Positions 12,068 to 24,904 of a stretch of 64,000 nt of DNA are shown here, piece after piece. The notes beneath the pieces are model-generated. The model searched no databases. It was given only the letters and a program-made list of their open reading frames with translations, and was not told the DNA's origin. This DNA comes from Eukaryota sp. TZLM1-RC (lineage: Eukaryota; Protista; Metamonada: BaSk clade). Position numbers and translations under genes: made by a program. The stretch is taken from NCBI GenBank assembly GCA_040285825.1, contig JAUPSS010000007.1:1958689-2022688 (forward strand), in the 5' to 3' direction. Numbering within the stretch: position 1 is the stretch's first letter; each line of letters opens with the position of its first letter.

Positions 12068-12192
12068 TAATTAGTCTCACTCAGACTAATTTTGTACTGA
12101 ATTGTTTGTGCTTACCGGACAGTAATAGTCTCACTCAGACTAATTTTGTAGTGAGACTAATTCTGTACTGAGACTAATTTTGCAGTGAGTCT
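12068..12192. repeat. Cluster of short direct/inverted repeats (AGTCTCACTCAGACTAATTTTGTA / TGAGACTAATT)
   Basis: 4-5 copies of an AGACTAATT motif in both orientations, including the palindrome AATTAGTCT-CACTC-AGACTAATT. Confidence 0.75.
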
Positions 12193-13276
12193 TATTTTGT
12201 CTCGACCTTATTTCTGTTTACCACCAGACAAACCACATCTTTATCAATTAAAAAACACTCAATATATTCTAAAATATAACATTCATCATTTTCTTCATCC
12301 ATCAGCTCAGTAATCTCCTGATGGGGTATGAAAACTTCGGTTTGAATCATCATCGAATCCCTGTACTTCAGTGAAATCATGGTCGTCACTCCCATCTTCC
12401 CAGATATCTTCATCATAACCAGAATAAAAAAATGATTGGTACAAAGTTTTATAAGTTTTTGAAAAAAGTAGTGGAAAATTGTTTGAGAATGTGTACTTTC
12501 TATTTCCTAACCAACATGGATACATTTGTATCAGAATTGTCCACATGGTTGAATGTGGAAAATGGATTGTCAAATGAGTCTGGATCAGCGACTCTATCTT
12601 AGGTATCACAACTTTCATAAATTCAGAATAGAATGAAAAGTTTTCAAAAAGTGTCACAACAGCAAGCTACGATTCAAAGTTCTTTCCGCCAATTACAAAT
12701 TATAGAAAGGTAAAACCTATGCACAACTGTTATATACTAATTGAATTACTGCCATAATTCACTTGTCATTTTCATGAATTTGTACAAATTGGTTTCAAAA
12801 ACGTGTTGCTAAGTGAACATTTTTATATGTTTCCGTTTGACAGTAGTTTCTATTATCACAAAATTTTAATTGATTGAGTTAATTTGTGGACTGAAAGTAC
12901 TCATATTTGGCGTTCTATATGTCAACAAGCAACAAACACAACAATTCAGTTTTCTGCTGAAATGGATTATAATATTGTTAATACAACAATTATGAATTCA
13001 CTTCATGTTAACGACCAATCATTCCACATATCTCCATTGACAAAGTTTAACAAAAAAATGCTGATGATGTGTGGTGGTGAACTCTGACACCAGGTTCTGA
13101 TGTTTTGGAAGCACAAGTTAGCATAAGGACGTATTTATTGTTGCTTTGATCGTAGATATACGCCATTTTATTGTTCCAATTGATGAACAATGTCTCAACA
13201 ACCGAGTGCCTTGTGAAAACGAAGCGAAAGAATTGAACACAAGATACAAAAACTATACTATAAACACGCACATAAC

Positions 13277-13685
13277 TTAAGCTTGAAGAGCATAACATCT
13301 CAAAGGAAAAGCACGTTCCATCTTTTGCTGACGAAGGGTCTTGCGAGCCTTGTCTTCGGGAGAGAGTGCTCTTCTCATGGCACGGGTGAGTTTGGGTCTA
13401 AGATTCTTGGGAACGTACTTAGCACCACGATATTGTGATCTCAAGGCATGCTTCTCGTTAGTGTTGATGATGGTCAAACATCTGGCAATGTTCTTGCGGA
13501 CAGTTCTGATCTTCATCATTTTTGGTGCCTGTCCAGATGTGACCTTAGCAACTCTGAGGTTGAGAAGTTCTCCCTTGAGATCTGAGAGAGTCTTCATGAT
13601 CTCAGGCTTGGACATCTGACGGAGCTCATGAGGCTTTAATTTGGAAGACTGCGCTGCTGTCAATATGATTTGAACTCATACACAT
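13277..13685 (-). CDS. RPL35: 60S ribosomal protein L35 (uL29), 25-nt intron 13657-13681
   Basis: KLKPHELR...LRVAKVT...VRKNIARCLTIIN...PKNLRPKLTRAMRRALS. First exon ATGT followed by a GTATGA..CAG intron. Confidence 0.97.
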
Positions 13686-14283
13686 TGGAAGGAAAAAAGG
13701 AGAATATGAATTCTCTTTTCACGCACTTATTATGTTTTTCTCATTGGTGATCCTCTTAAAGTACAGTTTGTCTTCACGAACACTTCTTCACAAACATCGC
13801 TGACGATGAATCCCCATGTTTTTTCAACTTGAAGCTGAATCTTAAATATACCTGTAGGAAACGAATGCAATTTTGTGTCATCTTTTGTACATGCAATACG
13901 TTCTGTTCTGTGTTATAATCAATGGTTAACTGTTATTTGAACATCACAATGTTCAGCTATGATGTTTAGATTCTGTTTCTGTTTCGCATTAACCCAGGTT
14001 TTTAAAAGACGTGTGGCGTATTCATTCACATTGATTAGTTTTTACATGAATCAATTTCAATAATATGATACTAGTACATTCTCATAGAACCAAAATTAAT
14101 CATAAGAAATTCAAATATACAGACTAGTATCATATCTCTTCTTTCTATATATATTTTTTTCTTCATGATGTGCGTGAGGAAGATTTTCCATAGTTGTATC
14201 AATTTTGATTTAAGGGTCTTGAAAGAAGGGAATTCATAAAAAATTCACTTTACGATGCAAATGTTAACTTCAACATCTACAAA

Positions 14284-17200
14284 TTTTTTTTTCTCCCTCC
14301 CTTAGTCAACCCTCTCATATTTCACTTTCTGTCACGGCGTCACAGTCGTACTGTGTCTTTGCCAAAACGATGCCAGTGACTGACAGTGACTCTGATACTG
14401 ATTGGAACGCCCAAGCAAAGATTCTACCCATCAGATCAAGCTCATCCCCTTCACTTCTCCACTCTCCCCACCCTTCAAGCTATGCTCGAAATTCTTATCA
14501 AAAAAATTTGAAAATTTTTAAAAAAGACTTTTTGCCTTTGTGTGATGCCCCTGATATTACGCCTGAAAAAGTGCAAAAAAGAAGATATACCTGTTCCAAA
14601 TGTGGCAAGGTTGGTCATAACATTAGAAAATGTCCTGATATTATTACCGAAAAAATGAGACTGAAAACCAATATTTCTATTGTTAATAGTTTGCAAACGC
14701 CATCCGAACTGAATCTTCCTCCTGTTCCCAATGTTTCTGCTGATGATGTTAATTATGATTTAAATATTGATCAAACTCATTTACCAAAAACTGTTGCTCC
14801 TGATCCTACGGATAATGTCTTGAAACATAGTTGTCCTTTTTGCAAAAAGTTCCTCTCTAATTCTTCTAATGGTCGCCCTCTATTGTTTTGTTATGACTGT
14901 CAAACAAGTGATTCTCTTCGTACACCTGTTAAAATTCCTGTAGAGGTGAGTCCTGCCAGTTCTGTTCCTTTGTCAATGGAAATGCGTTCTTTTTCTTCGC
15001 AATTGAAATTAAACAAATGGAACATAACAAGATTTTGGAAATTTTTTGCCAAAAAAAATAAGAAGAAAATTAATTACAAACCAAAACAGGGAAAAGCTAA
15101 TTCATCTTTTCAGGCAAGAAAATTGTTTTTGAGAGGTAGATATGGAAGCGGATTAAAAAATATTTTTTCGGGAAAACTGGCTGATACCAATCTCGAAACT
15201 GTTGAAAAATTGAAATCCCTCCATCCAACTGAACATTTTTGCCCCAGTAAGCCTTCTATTTGTCAATATTGGCTCGAAAATTCATTTCAGGCTCAAGAAG
15301 TATTGAATGCCGTTGCTAAATTACCAAAAGGAAAAGCTGCTGGTCCTTCAGGCATTTCCTTTGATTTGTTAAAAACTGCCTGTAAAAATGCTCCTGAAAT
15401 TGTTGAGGATCTTGCTTCCTATTTTCAAAAATTTAATGTGTTTAAATTATGTTCCTCCGCCTGAATTGACTGCTGCCCGTTTAGTTGCTTTAGTTAAACC
15501 TGGTAAAGGTGACAAACCTGATGGAGTTAGACCAATTGCCATTGGAGAGTCATTAACCAGATTGCTCTCTTCGCTTATTTTTAACAGAATTTCTTCTAAA
15601 GCAAGGGACTATTTGAAGCCTTTCCAATTTGGTATAAAAACTGTTGAAGGTGCTTCTGTTGCTTCAATGACTTCAGATGTTTTTTTCAATAGTCAACATC
15701 ATCAATATATTTTCAATTTGGATTTCAAAAATGCTTTCAATTCTGTGAAACGTGATTGTATTTTTGATGTGCTTCTTCATAATTTTCCTGAACTTTCTGC
15801 ATATTTTTATTTATTTTATGGAAAAAAATCAGACTTAGTTTTTGACTCCTTTACCCTTGAATCTTCTTCTGGTGTGAAACAAGGTGATCCTCTTGGCCCT
15901 TTGCTGTTTTGTTTGGCTATTCATAATATTATTAAAATGACACAACAAGATTTCCCTGATTTGCGTATTGTTGCCTATATGGATGACATTTCTATTATTG
16001 GCTCTTTTGAAAGCATTTCTAGGGTTTCTGAAGACATTGCGGCGAAATACAAAGAAATTGGTTTAGCTTTGAACCCATCTAAATGTCTCTTGATTGGTAG
16101 AGAAAAACAATATTTGATGATTGGTGGAGCTCAGATTCCTTTTATCAATTATGACCAACAAGCTTTTAAGTTTCTTGGATGTTGGCTTGGCAATTTGGAT
16201 GAAATTTATTCCCAGTTAAACAATTTATTGGAGAAGTTTGACAAGGATCTTAGTTTTATTGCTGAATGTGACATTGAGAAACACATCAAATTTTTTTATT
16301 TTAAAAATTTGTTATTCTGGAAAATTCACTCATATTTTAAGGTCAACTCCCCTTCGGTATCTCTCAATTTTTGCAGATCTTTTAACAAACTTCGAGTCAA
16401 ATTTTTTTCTTCTTTATTAGAAGTAAATGAATCTTTAATTCGAAGTCATGTATTTTGTTCAGCAGATTTGGGTGGAATTGGATTCACCAAATCTTCGATT
16501 CTGTGTAAAGCAGCATTTTTGGGAGGTGGTAAAAATTTTGTTTTTGAATTTTTCCAAAGGTTCCCTTTTGATGTTCATCTGATCAATGGTGAATCAAATT
16601 TTTACTTGAATCAACTGCAATTTGAATTAGAAAATTTGCCCAGTGATATCTGGATTCAGTGTTTTCCTCAAAATGTTCAAGAAATTCCCACTCGATCACT
16701 TCCAAATTTACGTTTTTGCTTGAAAAAGCTTCAGCACCATCTGGTTAAATTATATGAAGGCTTGGATTATGAAGTAAGACTTGGCTTGGCCAAAACTAAA
16801 AATCCCGCTTTCGGTAATTTTTTAAAGGATATTCGTGATAGTTCAGCTGCTGCTTTAGTAACTCAAGTTCCCTCTGTTTATGGACTTTTGTTAAAAGACA
16901 ATGAATGGCTTCTAAACATGCGTTTTCGTTGTTTTCTGTGGCCAAACAATTTGCCCAATCATTTAACTTGTAAATGTGGTAAACCTCTTTTGTTTACTCA
17001 TCTTTTGAACTGTAAACATTTCATTACGTTTAGAAGCAAAGTGCATAATAACGTCAGGGACCAAATTTATGTAATGTGCAAATCATATCGTGTAGATTCC
17101 TTTTTAGAACCGCTGTTATCAAAACTAATTCTTGATGATCCCAATATTGATAGTACGCGTTACAACAGAGCTTCTATGGGTCTGACTAGAGGTGATTTAG

Positions 17201-17705
17201 TTGTTCCTGGTTTAAATGGTAGTTTTACTATTTTGGACGCCATGTCTATTGACCCTTGTAATTCCTCTAACGAACATTTCATTAACTCGGATGTAAATAA
17301 TCCTCTTCTTGCAGGCGAAAAATATAAAATTGCTAAATATGCGAAACCCATTTCCTCGGTTAATGAAAATTCTCATGCCCAATATAATTTATGTCCATTT
17401 GTTTTTTCTTTGCTTGGATCTCTAGGTAAGGCTGCTATGGCTTTCCTTGAGGATTTTGTTGTAGTTGTAAAGGAAAGAACTGGAAGAATTTTCAATCGTG
17501 TTTACTGGCAAAACAGGATTGTATTGTCTATTTTTAAGGGAATGGTAACACTAATTTCTGATTCACTATCTTCTTTTGGGAAATTTTCTGAATCTTTAGC
17601 GATTAATTGTTTTGATGTAGGGGAGGCAGGTTTTGAGGATGTGGAGTTTTAATTGTGTATTTCATATTTGTTGTTGAATAAAAATAAACTTATTTTAAAA
17701 AAAAA
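14284..17705 (+). mobile_element. Apparently full-length CRE/R2-type non-LTR retrotransposon (Zn knuckle, RT, RLE endonuclease) with 12-bp TSD
   Basis: CSKCGKVGHNIRKC; RT motifs RPIAIGE, LDFKNAFN, GVKQGDPL, YMDD; CKCG..HLLNC..HNNVRD and RGDLV..D..KIAKY. A-tail at 17697-17705. TSD AACATCTACAAA at 14272-14283 and 17704-17715. Frameshifts at homopolymers (~15430, ~16295-16350). Confidence 0.92.
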
Positions 17706-18068
17706 CATCTACAAAAAGATGTACACAAAAAAGAAAATGAACAACAAAATTGTCAACACTGAGATTAATCGGTTTCAGTGGTCCAATTGCCAAAAGGTTC
17801 TGTGATGTAACAAAAGCTTAAATTCTAATCTCAATGACAACTCGAAATTCTTTTAAGGGAAGAAATAAGGTGAAGGTGTAAAGAATAATCGAATACCTAA
17901 TCAAAGACTATACCAAGTTTGCAAAAACTTTGGACCCGACAACATGGGGAATGTCGCGAATTTGTCCCAAAATTTTTAAATTCCCAATATAAGAAAGCAA
18001 AAAGTCCTGTGTGTCTGTTTCCAAAAGTTCGCAAATACTACAATTTAACATTTTTGTTCTGCTAGACT

Positions 18069-19583
18069 ATGCCTGTAGTCAGTGCCAATATCAATGTGGG
18101 ACTCTTGGGTCACGTTGATGCTGGTAAAACCTCTATTGCCCGTGTTCTTACTGAAACCAAATCTACTGCTTGTTTAGATAAGGATCCACAATCACAGTCT
18201 AGAGGAATCACCCTTGACCTTGGTTTTTCTTCTTTCAAAGCTCCTGTTACTCATTCTCAATACCCTTTCAATGAGCTTCAATACACACTTGTTGATCATC
18301 CAGGACATGCCTCACTCCTACGTACTGTTATTGGTGGTTCAGCTATTATTGACCTCATGTTCCTAATTATTGATATAACTAAAGGTATTCAAACACAAAC
18401 CGGTGAGTGTATTGTTCTTGGGGAACTTATGTCAAAAAGTAGTGTAATTTTACTATCAAAAGTTGACTTGGTACCCTCTTCTGACAGGGAAACAGTCATT
18501 GAAAAGGCGAAGAAAAAGCTTAAAGCTGCTTTGAAGAACACTCACAACTTTTGTGACTCTCCAATCATACCCTTCTCGGCACATCACCCTTTGGATGGGC
18601 AAAGGGAAATTCTCTTATCCACACTCGAAGGTCTCGTCTTTAATAAAGTTCCAAGAATTAATAAAATGATGTCTTCTCAAACCAACAACCCCCTATTGAT
18701 TTCTTTTGATCACTGTTTTTCAGTAATGGGAAAAGGAACAGTTTTGACAGGTACAGTACTCTCTGGAATTCTTACAACTGATAGTAATGTTTGCATTTCT
18801 GGGAAACCCACCAAAGTTAAAGTAAAATCAATTCAATCATTCAAAACTCAGGTTTCAACAGCTCAGTCGGGCGATCGTGTTGGTATATTGGTAAAGAAAT
18901 TCCCGTCTTCTTCAATTGAAAGAGGGTTCATATCAGACGCTCCTCTTCCCCTGGTATCTGCGTTTATTGTGAAGGTCAACAAGGTAGCCTGGTTCAAGGG
19001 TGAGGTCGTTACTGGACAACAATATCATGTTTCTATAGGGTTTGAGACAGTTATTGGAAAGATTACCCTGTTTTCTGCTCACGATTCTGTTTTCAATGGT
19101 GATTATGAAGCTTTAACAAGTGCAGATGATCACTCTGACAGTGCGTATGCCTATGTTCGACTCGTCTCCCCTGTCACTACTCCAACCAATGCCCTCTGTG
19201 TGTTTTCTAGGTTAGATTTTCCCGAAAACTCAAAACAATGTAGAATTGCGTTTTATGGCAGCGTACATTATCTAAGCAAAGACAATGGCTTCAATATATA
19301 TAAGAAGAAGCAAAAAGTTGGTGTTTTGGAAAGATTTGCCTCAAACAATTCCGCAATTATTAAAGATTTGTTTGACTCTGTGTCCCAAGCGAGGGCTTTT
19401 ATAGGAGGAAAGCTTCACTCTCAGGATGGTAGACTTATTGGGCATATTTCCTTGACATTTGGACAGAGTGGAAAAGTGAAAGCGGATTTGGTTGGTGAAT
19501 CAGTCATTGATGTTGGTCAATCTGTTATTCTTTTTTACAGGAGAAATGCTTTTGAAAACTCCCGAAGTGTTTCTTTGACTTAG
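18069..19583 (+). CDS. EEFSEC: Selenocysteine-specific elongation factor (eEFSec/SelB)
   Basis: NINVGLLGHVDAGKT, DKDPQSQSRGITLDLGFS, TLVDHPGHASLLRTVIGG, KGIQTQTGEC, CRIAFYG, FGQSGK. Confidence 0.92.
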   Translation: MPVVSANINVGLLGHVDAGKTSIARVLTETKSTACLDKDPQSQSRGITLDLGFSSFKAPVTHSQYPFNELQYTLVDHPGHASLLRTVIGGSAIIDLMFLIIDITKGIQTQTGECIVLGELMSKSSVILLSKVDLVPSSDRETVIEKAKKKLKAALKNTHNFCDSPIIPFSAHHPLDGQREILLSTLEGLVFNKVPRINKMMSSQTNNPLLISFDHCFSVMGKGTVLTGTVLSGILTTDSNVCISGKPTKVKVKSIQSFKTQVSTAQSGDRVGILVKKFPSSSIERGFISDAPLPLVSAFIVKVNKVAWFKGEVVTGQQYHVSIGFETVIGKITLFSAHDSVFNGDYEALTSADDHSDSAYAYVRLVSPVTTPTNALCVFSRLDFPENSKQCRIAFYGSVHYLSKDNGFNIYKKKQKVGVLERFASNNSAIIKDLFDSVSQARAFIGGKLHSQDGRLIGHISLTFGQSGKVKADLVGESVIDVGQSVILFYRRNAFENSRSVSLT

Positions 19584-19925
19584 ATTTTCCTTTCATAGTT
19601 TTGTCTCTCGTTTTGTTGTAATGGAGGTGCTGTGAGAACTTTATTGAAATGAATTTAGATGTATTGTGGTTTGTTTCTTTTAATTAAAAGAATTATTTCT
19701 ATTAGTTTGTTAATTATTAATTGTTAATGTACAGATACATAATTGCGTTGGTCAAGCAAATCCCACTCACTCAAAGCAAGAACAATTACAGAAATAGGTG
19801 AAAAAAGCTATATCAATTCTGTGTTCTATTAAAGTAGACAAACAAATTTACAGTGAGGTCTACAGTACTGTATTCCTTTCATCAACGCTTTGTAAGATAT
19901 CTTCTATCATTAAATCTGCTTCACA

Positions 19926-21275
19926 ATGTCTGAAGAACGTCCTGTTGTAATTTTTATAGAACTTGGCTCTTTCCAATCATCAATATCTCGTCGAAACAAT
20001 GAGTGGTTCAGTATGAGGACTGCTGTCGCAAAACCAGAGGTACCCAACGAAAATTGGAGTTTTGGAGAACAGGCTCTCTGGAAAAAGAATCTGCTATTCC
20101 CTCTATCTGCCAATAAGATTGAATGCAAGAACTCTCTGATAACCTTCATAAGAGAACTCGTTCGCCTTGGTAAAGTTGGACCCCTTGAAGACCAATGTCT
20201 GTGCATCAACGATCTTGAACTGCCAAATGTTCAGTCACGAAAGGAACTTCTTACTCTGCTTTTCAATGAATTTAATCCAAGGTCGATATTGGTTGTTCCT
20301 CAGCAATTGGCCACAGCCTATGCTTTCGTAACAACTCATCATGCCAATTTCCCCCTGATTTTGGTAAACACGGGCCATCGAATTAGTACATGTTGTACTG
20401 TTACGATGGAGAATGAACAACTAACTTTTAAATCCCCATTATACCAAAGTCCTGGGGGATTCCACGCAATGAATGCCTTCAAGAAGCTTCATCCTATGGT
20501 CAAAAACTATTTCCCCAACCATACAATGATGCGACGGGAAGCCACTGGTGACGGGAAAGCTGAGAACTATGTCGAGCAACTTCAAGGCCCAGAGTTGAAG
20601 AATCCCTTCCATTCAAGTGACTATGAATATGCTTTCCTCAACAAAGCCAAGGTAGCCGATCGTCAAACAAGGCAAGATAGTTACTTTCCTGATGTTGGAG
20701 CCATATCATTGCCCTCATTAAGTCCGTCTACATATAGTTCTTCTTCTAGAGAAATTGAGTGTGGCAGAACGCTATCTCTTGCGTCTGAAGTGTTCTTTAC
20801 TGATGCATTTCAGCTTCCATTGCCATCTATTCCCCAAAACATTGCCAATTTGTTGAATCAATCCCCTATCGAATGTCAGAACAATATAGTACTTGCAGGA
20901 GGTCTCTGTCGCATTCCTAACTTCACAAAAAGAGTAGGCCATGACCTACAGGAATTGGTGGTTGGACATACAAAGATTCATGGATTTCAATCAAACGCAG
21001 ACAACTGTGGAAAAGAGATTCGCCATGGCCTAGTTGACATTGCCAAGAAAGAAGGTGGATGGAGGTCTGCTTCTGAAGGTCAGAACAGGTGGATTTTGAA
21101 AGCTGAATTTCTTGACAACCCCGATGTTGCTCTGCAAAAGGGCTTCAATGTGCCTAATTATGACGCTGTTAACATTGATGCAGAGCCATCTGTAGAAGGA
21201 CTAGACCCTTCTGGAAAGGTGACTCAATTCTCAGAGTTTGTCCCAGATTCTACAAAAGGAGCTGGAATTGTTTAG
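19926..21275 (+). CDS. Divergent actin-related protein
   Basis: VVIFIELGS (cf. IDNGS), RKELLTLLFNEFN, ILVNTGH, NNIVLAGGLCRIPNFTKRV, WILKAEF are actin-fold motifs. Confidence 0.75.
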   Translation: MSEERPVVIFIELGSFQSSISRRNNEWFSMRTAVAKPEVPNENWSFGEQALWKKNLLFPLSANKIECKNSLITFIRELVRLGKVGPLEDQCLCINDLELPNVQSRKELLTLLFNEFNPRSILVVPQQLATAYAFVTTHHANFPLILVNTGHRISTCCTVTMENEQLTFKSPLYQSPGGFHAMNAFKKLHPMVKNYFPNHTMMRREATGDGKAENYVEQLQGPELKNPFHSSDYEYAFLNKAKVADRQTRQDSYFPDVGAISLPSLSPSTYSSSSREIECGRTLSLASEVFFTDAFQLPLPSIPQNIANLLNQSPIECQNNIVLAGGLCRIPNFTKRVGHDLQELVVGHTKIHGFQSNADNCGKEIRHGLVDIAKKEGGWRSASEGQNRWILKAEFLDNPDVALQKGFNVPNYDAVNIDAEPSVEGLDPSGKVTQFSEFVPDSTKGAGIV

Positions 21276-21490
21276 TTTTACATGTGCTGATGGTTGTAAA
21301 TAAATCATGAGTTTTGATCAAATTGAAATATTTTTGGAACAAATGCTTGGTTTAGTTTGGTTTACATACAAAGATTTGAGAACATATAAGGCAGCATTTA
21401 ATGTTTGAAACCAATAAATGACATTATATTTCACTTTATTGTTGTTTTTTTAAAACCTTTGTTTATTAGTAATAAATATTCACGCAAAAA

Positions 21491-22560
21491 CTAGAACTCA
21501 ATGTCCCCAATACACGCATCAACAACACCAAATCTCTTAAGCGCGCGATTTTCTACTCTATTCCTAATTGTAACATTGCTTTGGTTATCATTTCTTGAAT
21601 TGCCTCAAGTATACTAAAAACAATTCTATTGTGCCAGAAATTAAAGTTCAACTCTGTTGTCTGCTCTTTCCTTTATTATACATCTGAAACCTTCAAGAAA
21701 TTTAATACCAGATATTCCAATGTTACCAAAAAGGGAAACAGCAAATGGAACCAGCTAAAACTTTACATGCTCAACACGTCCTAGCTGAAATAAACGCTCC
21801 TTGTACTGTTTGATTTTAATTCTTTTCAGCAAAGCAAAGTGAAGTTTCATCTGTTTAAGCAAAATCAATTGCTGATTTTTTACAAACATCAACAACTTTG
21901 ATCCCACCTTCAGACCCAGGAGTAATTACATCAGCCGGCGTCTCCTAAAAGTATTTTCATCTTCATTTTCAGGTGACAACTTCCACAGAAGTGGTTCAAC
22001 AAAAGCTTCAATATGGTGGCTTTTGCACAAGGTACACAAGTGGTCTCTTACAGCATCATGAACAACTGAGCGATATGTAATATTAAATTTGCAATTAAAG
22101 AAATGATTCAAATTATTGAGCTGACCACAACGACAAATCAAATCATTTGGCACACTGCATGGCCACAAAAACATCTCATTCTTAAGTCATTTGTCCATTC
22201 ATGGTCATTTAACAATAGACCATAAACACTGGAAATTTGCGAAATGAGACAACTTGACCTCTTTTCCTTAAGATCAATCAAAAAGTTTGCAAAAACGGGA
22301 TGCTTTTTCTTAGCCAAGCTAAGACGAACAGTAAAATCCAAGTTTTCAAAAACTTTGAATATCTTTTTCTGCACTTTAGCATATGCAAATTTCAAGGAAA
22401 TCAAACTCCTGGGTGGAATTTCTTGAATATCGGCAGGAAAGCAATTAAAACCAGATGTGAGGAGAGAGGCATTCAATTTCATTTTGCAAAGACACTAAAG
22501 AATCATTAACACAGTGTTCTATTAAATATTGGTTTTCATTAAAACGTTACAAAAATTCAA
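21491..22560 (-). mobile_element. Decayed 3' fragment of an RLE non-LTR retrotransposon
   Basis: QEIPPRSL..., YGLLLNDHEW, CRCGQ..HFFNC..HDAVRD, homologous to 16680-17550; many frameshifts. Confidence 0.85.
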
Positions 22561-22731
22561 AATTTTGTTTTTTGGTCCAGTTTCTAGTCAGTTGGAAAAA
22601 CTATTATTTCGGAGATAAATATTTAAAATTTTCATTGGTTTTTGGTCAGTTTTAATGTAAGAGAAACAGTTCATTTACAGAGGTAACTCAGGAAGATTTC
22701 CTTTGAAGGGGATGATTAGTTAAATTAATTA

Positions 22732-24516
22732 AATTAATATTTTATTTATTTTCTACGAAGAATCAAATAGAACAAACTAAAACACATAAGAAACTAAATT
22801 CTCCACGCCAACTCTTGATGAATCCTTATAAAGTTTAGACATCATTAAACTCAAGTACTTGGGAACACTTCTGTACAAAGCGAAAATGATACGATTTTTC
22901 CATAAATTCTCTGCAAAATTCTTACCACTTGAACGACATAAATTACCAAAATCATTGATGAAATTCAAGGCGGATTGTCCAATGTTGCCAAAAATCGAAA
23001 AGGCAAAAGGAACAAACGAAAACTTCGAATAAAGGTTCTTATTTAAATCATTTAATATCTCAGTATATTTATCTCTCTTACGATCTTCAGCCTTGTTCAA
23101 ATGACCATTAGTACTAAGTAAAACATCATCGCGATAAACCAAAGCAAAGGGATCAACTGTAGTGAAATCAACAACAACTTGAGAGGAATCCACAAAAGGA
23201 GCAATTAAATCACCTCGACGTGAATTAAAAAGATTATCATCACTATAATGCTTCAACAAAGGTTCTACTTTGCAACTAAAATTGTAACACTTGAACATCT
23301 CATATGTCACATCACGAACGGCATTATGAAGAACTGACCTATATTGGAGAAATTTCTTACAGCTCACAATATGACGAAAATTGGCAGTAGGTTTTTGTTA
23401 CAAATACAATAAGAATTGTCCAAAAGACCACTTGGATACATCCCTAATCTCAACCGCATGTTTTGTTTCCAAGCTTCATTTGTTAAGTGAAGACCAAATG
23501 GCCTTGGTTGCTGAGATATTAAACTAGTACAGTTCTGAATGTCTGATAAAAAGGCAGCAAAGACGGGATTATTAATCTTAGTCACACTAAGTCGTTTAGA
23601 AAAATCCAGGTCTTCAAAACCAATAAGAACAGACTTCTGTAATTTCACAACAGCAAGATGAAGATTGGTGAAAGATCTCGAAGGCACAGTAGGCAAACTT
23701 GAAGGAAAACTCCTATTCCAAACATCAACAGGTAGTTCTTGCACCATTTTGTCAAGAGAAATTAATAAAGGATGTGATTCATTCAAAGGAATATGATCAA
23801 AACGAAGTTTCCATTCAAAAAGAAAATTTTTCATACCACCAATAAAAGCACTTTTGCATAAATACTCTGCTTTTGAAAAACCAACTCCACCAAATTTAGG
23901 ACTAAAAAATGCATGATAAGGAATTTTAGATGGACAAACTTCTACTAAATTTCCTAAGAAATTTGTTCTCAAAGTATTGAATTGACGTGCAAAATCATGA
24001 GAAATTGTGGGAGATAAAGAACGAAGAAGATGATTAATTTTTGATCCAAAACACACATTGAGGACCGAAAACGCTAAATGTTTGTCAATTTGTAGATCTT
24101 GAATAGCCAAAAGTTGCTCTTCGATTTTTTCCAAAATACCTGACAAAATCGATTTAACTTTTTCACTATTTCCAAAATAAGATCCAAGAAACCGAATAGC
24201 ACCTTCCTCGTAATCAACGTATTTGATAAAAGTTTCATTAAATGCCACCTCCGCATGCTGATTACCAATAATGAAACACTTGGGCAATTTAATGTCTAAC
24301 CCTATTTGTTTGGCCAGAAAAACAAAATGTTGTAAACCGTGTTGTAAAAGAGACAAAGGGCCAATAAGTGATAAATCATCTGCATAAGCACATATATGAA
24401 TGTCAGGAAAATCCGACTTAAATTTTACCAAAACTGATTGCAGTGCTAAGCAAAAGAAAAATGGACCCAATGGATCCCCTTGTTTGACCCCTCTTGACGA
24501 AACAATATTCTCAGAA
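22732..24516 (-). mobile_element. 5'-truncated RLE non-LTR retrotransposon (RT C-half + endonuclease)
   Basis: GVKQGDPLGP, YADD, FGGVG, HNAVRD, RRGDLI, KRDKY. Possible TSD TTAAATTAATTA at 22720-22731 and 24517-24528. Confidence 0.9.
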
Positions 24517-24904
24517 TTAAATTAATTATTAGATTAATTAATTATTAGATTAGGATAACTGTTTTCAATGACTCAAATTTTGATCTTCAGATTACAATAT
24601 AATAATTTTTCACTTTATTTCTTTCCAAAACCTGGTTGAAATCTTAAAATATTACAAGAATTATTAGGAATTTTGACTACTTTTCCATTAACTTCTAGAT
24701 TTAAGCCGTGAAATCAGTTGATTTGATCGTTCTTACATTAGCATTAAGATCTTTGATAACGGGTAGAAATGATAGAATTGAACATGAAAGAATGAGAAAT
24801 CAAAAAAAGAAATACAACATGTACAAATTAATTCAACCCAAACTAAAAACCACTCCAAAAAAACTAATTAAAACAATTAATTAATTGATTAATTAAGATA
24901 CAAC

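Noticed and set aside
12192-13298. Several short AT-rich ORFs
   Set aside because: No recognisable domains, mostly non-ATG starts.
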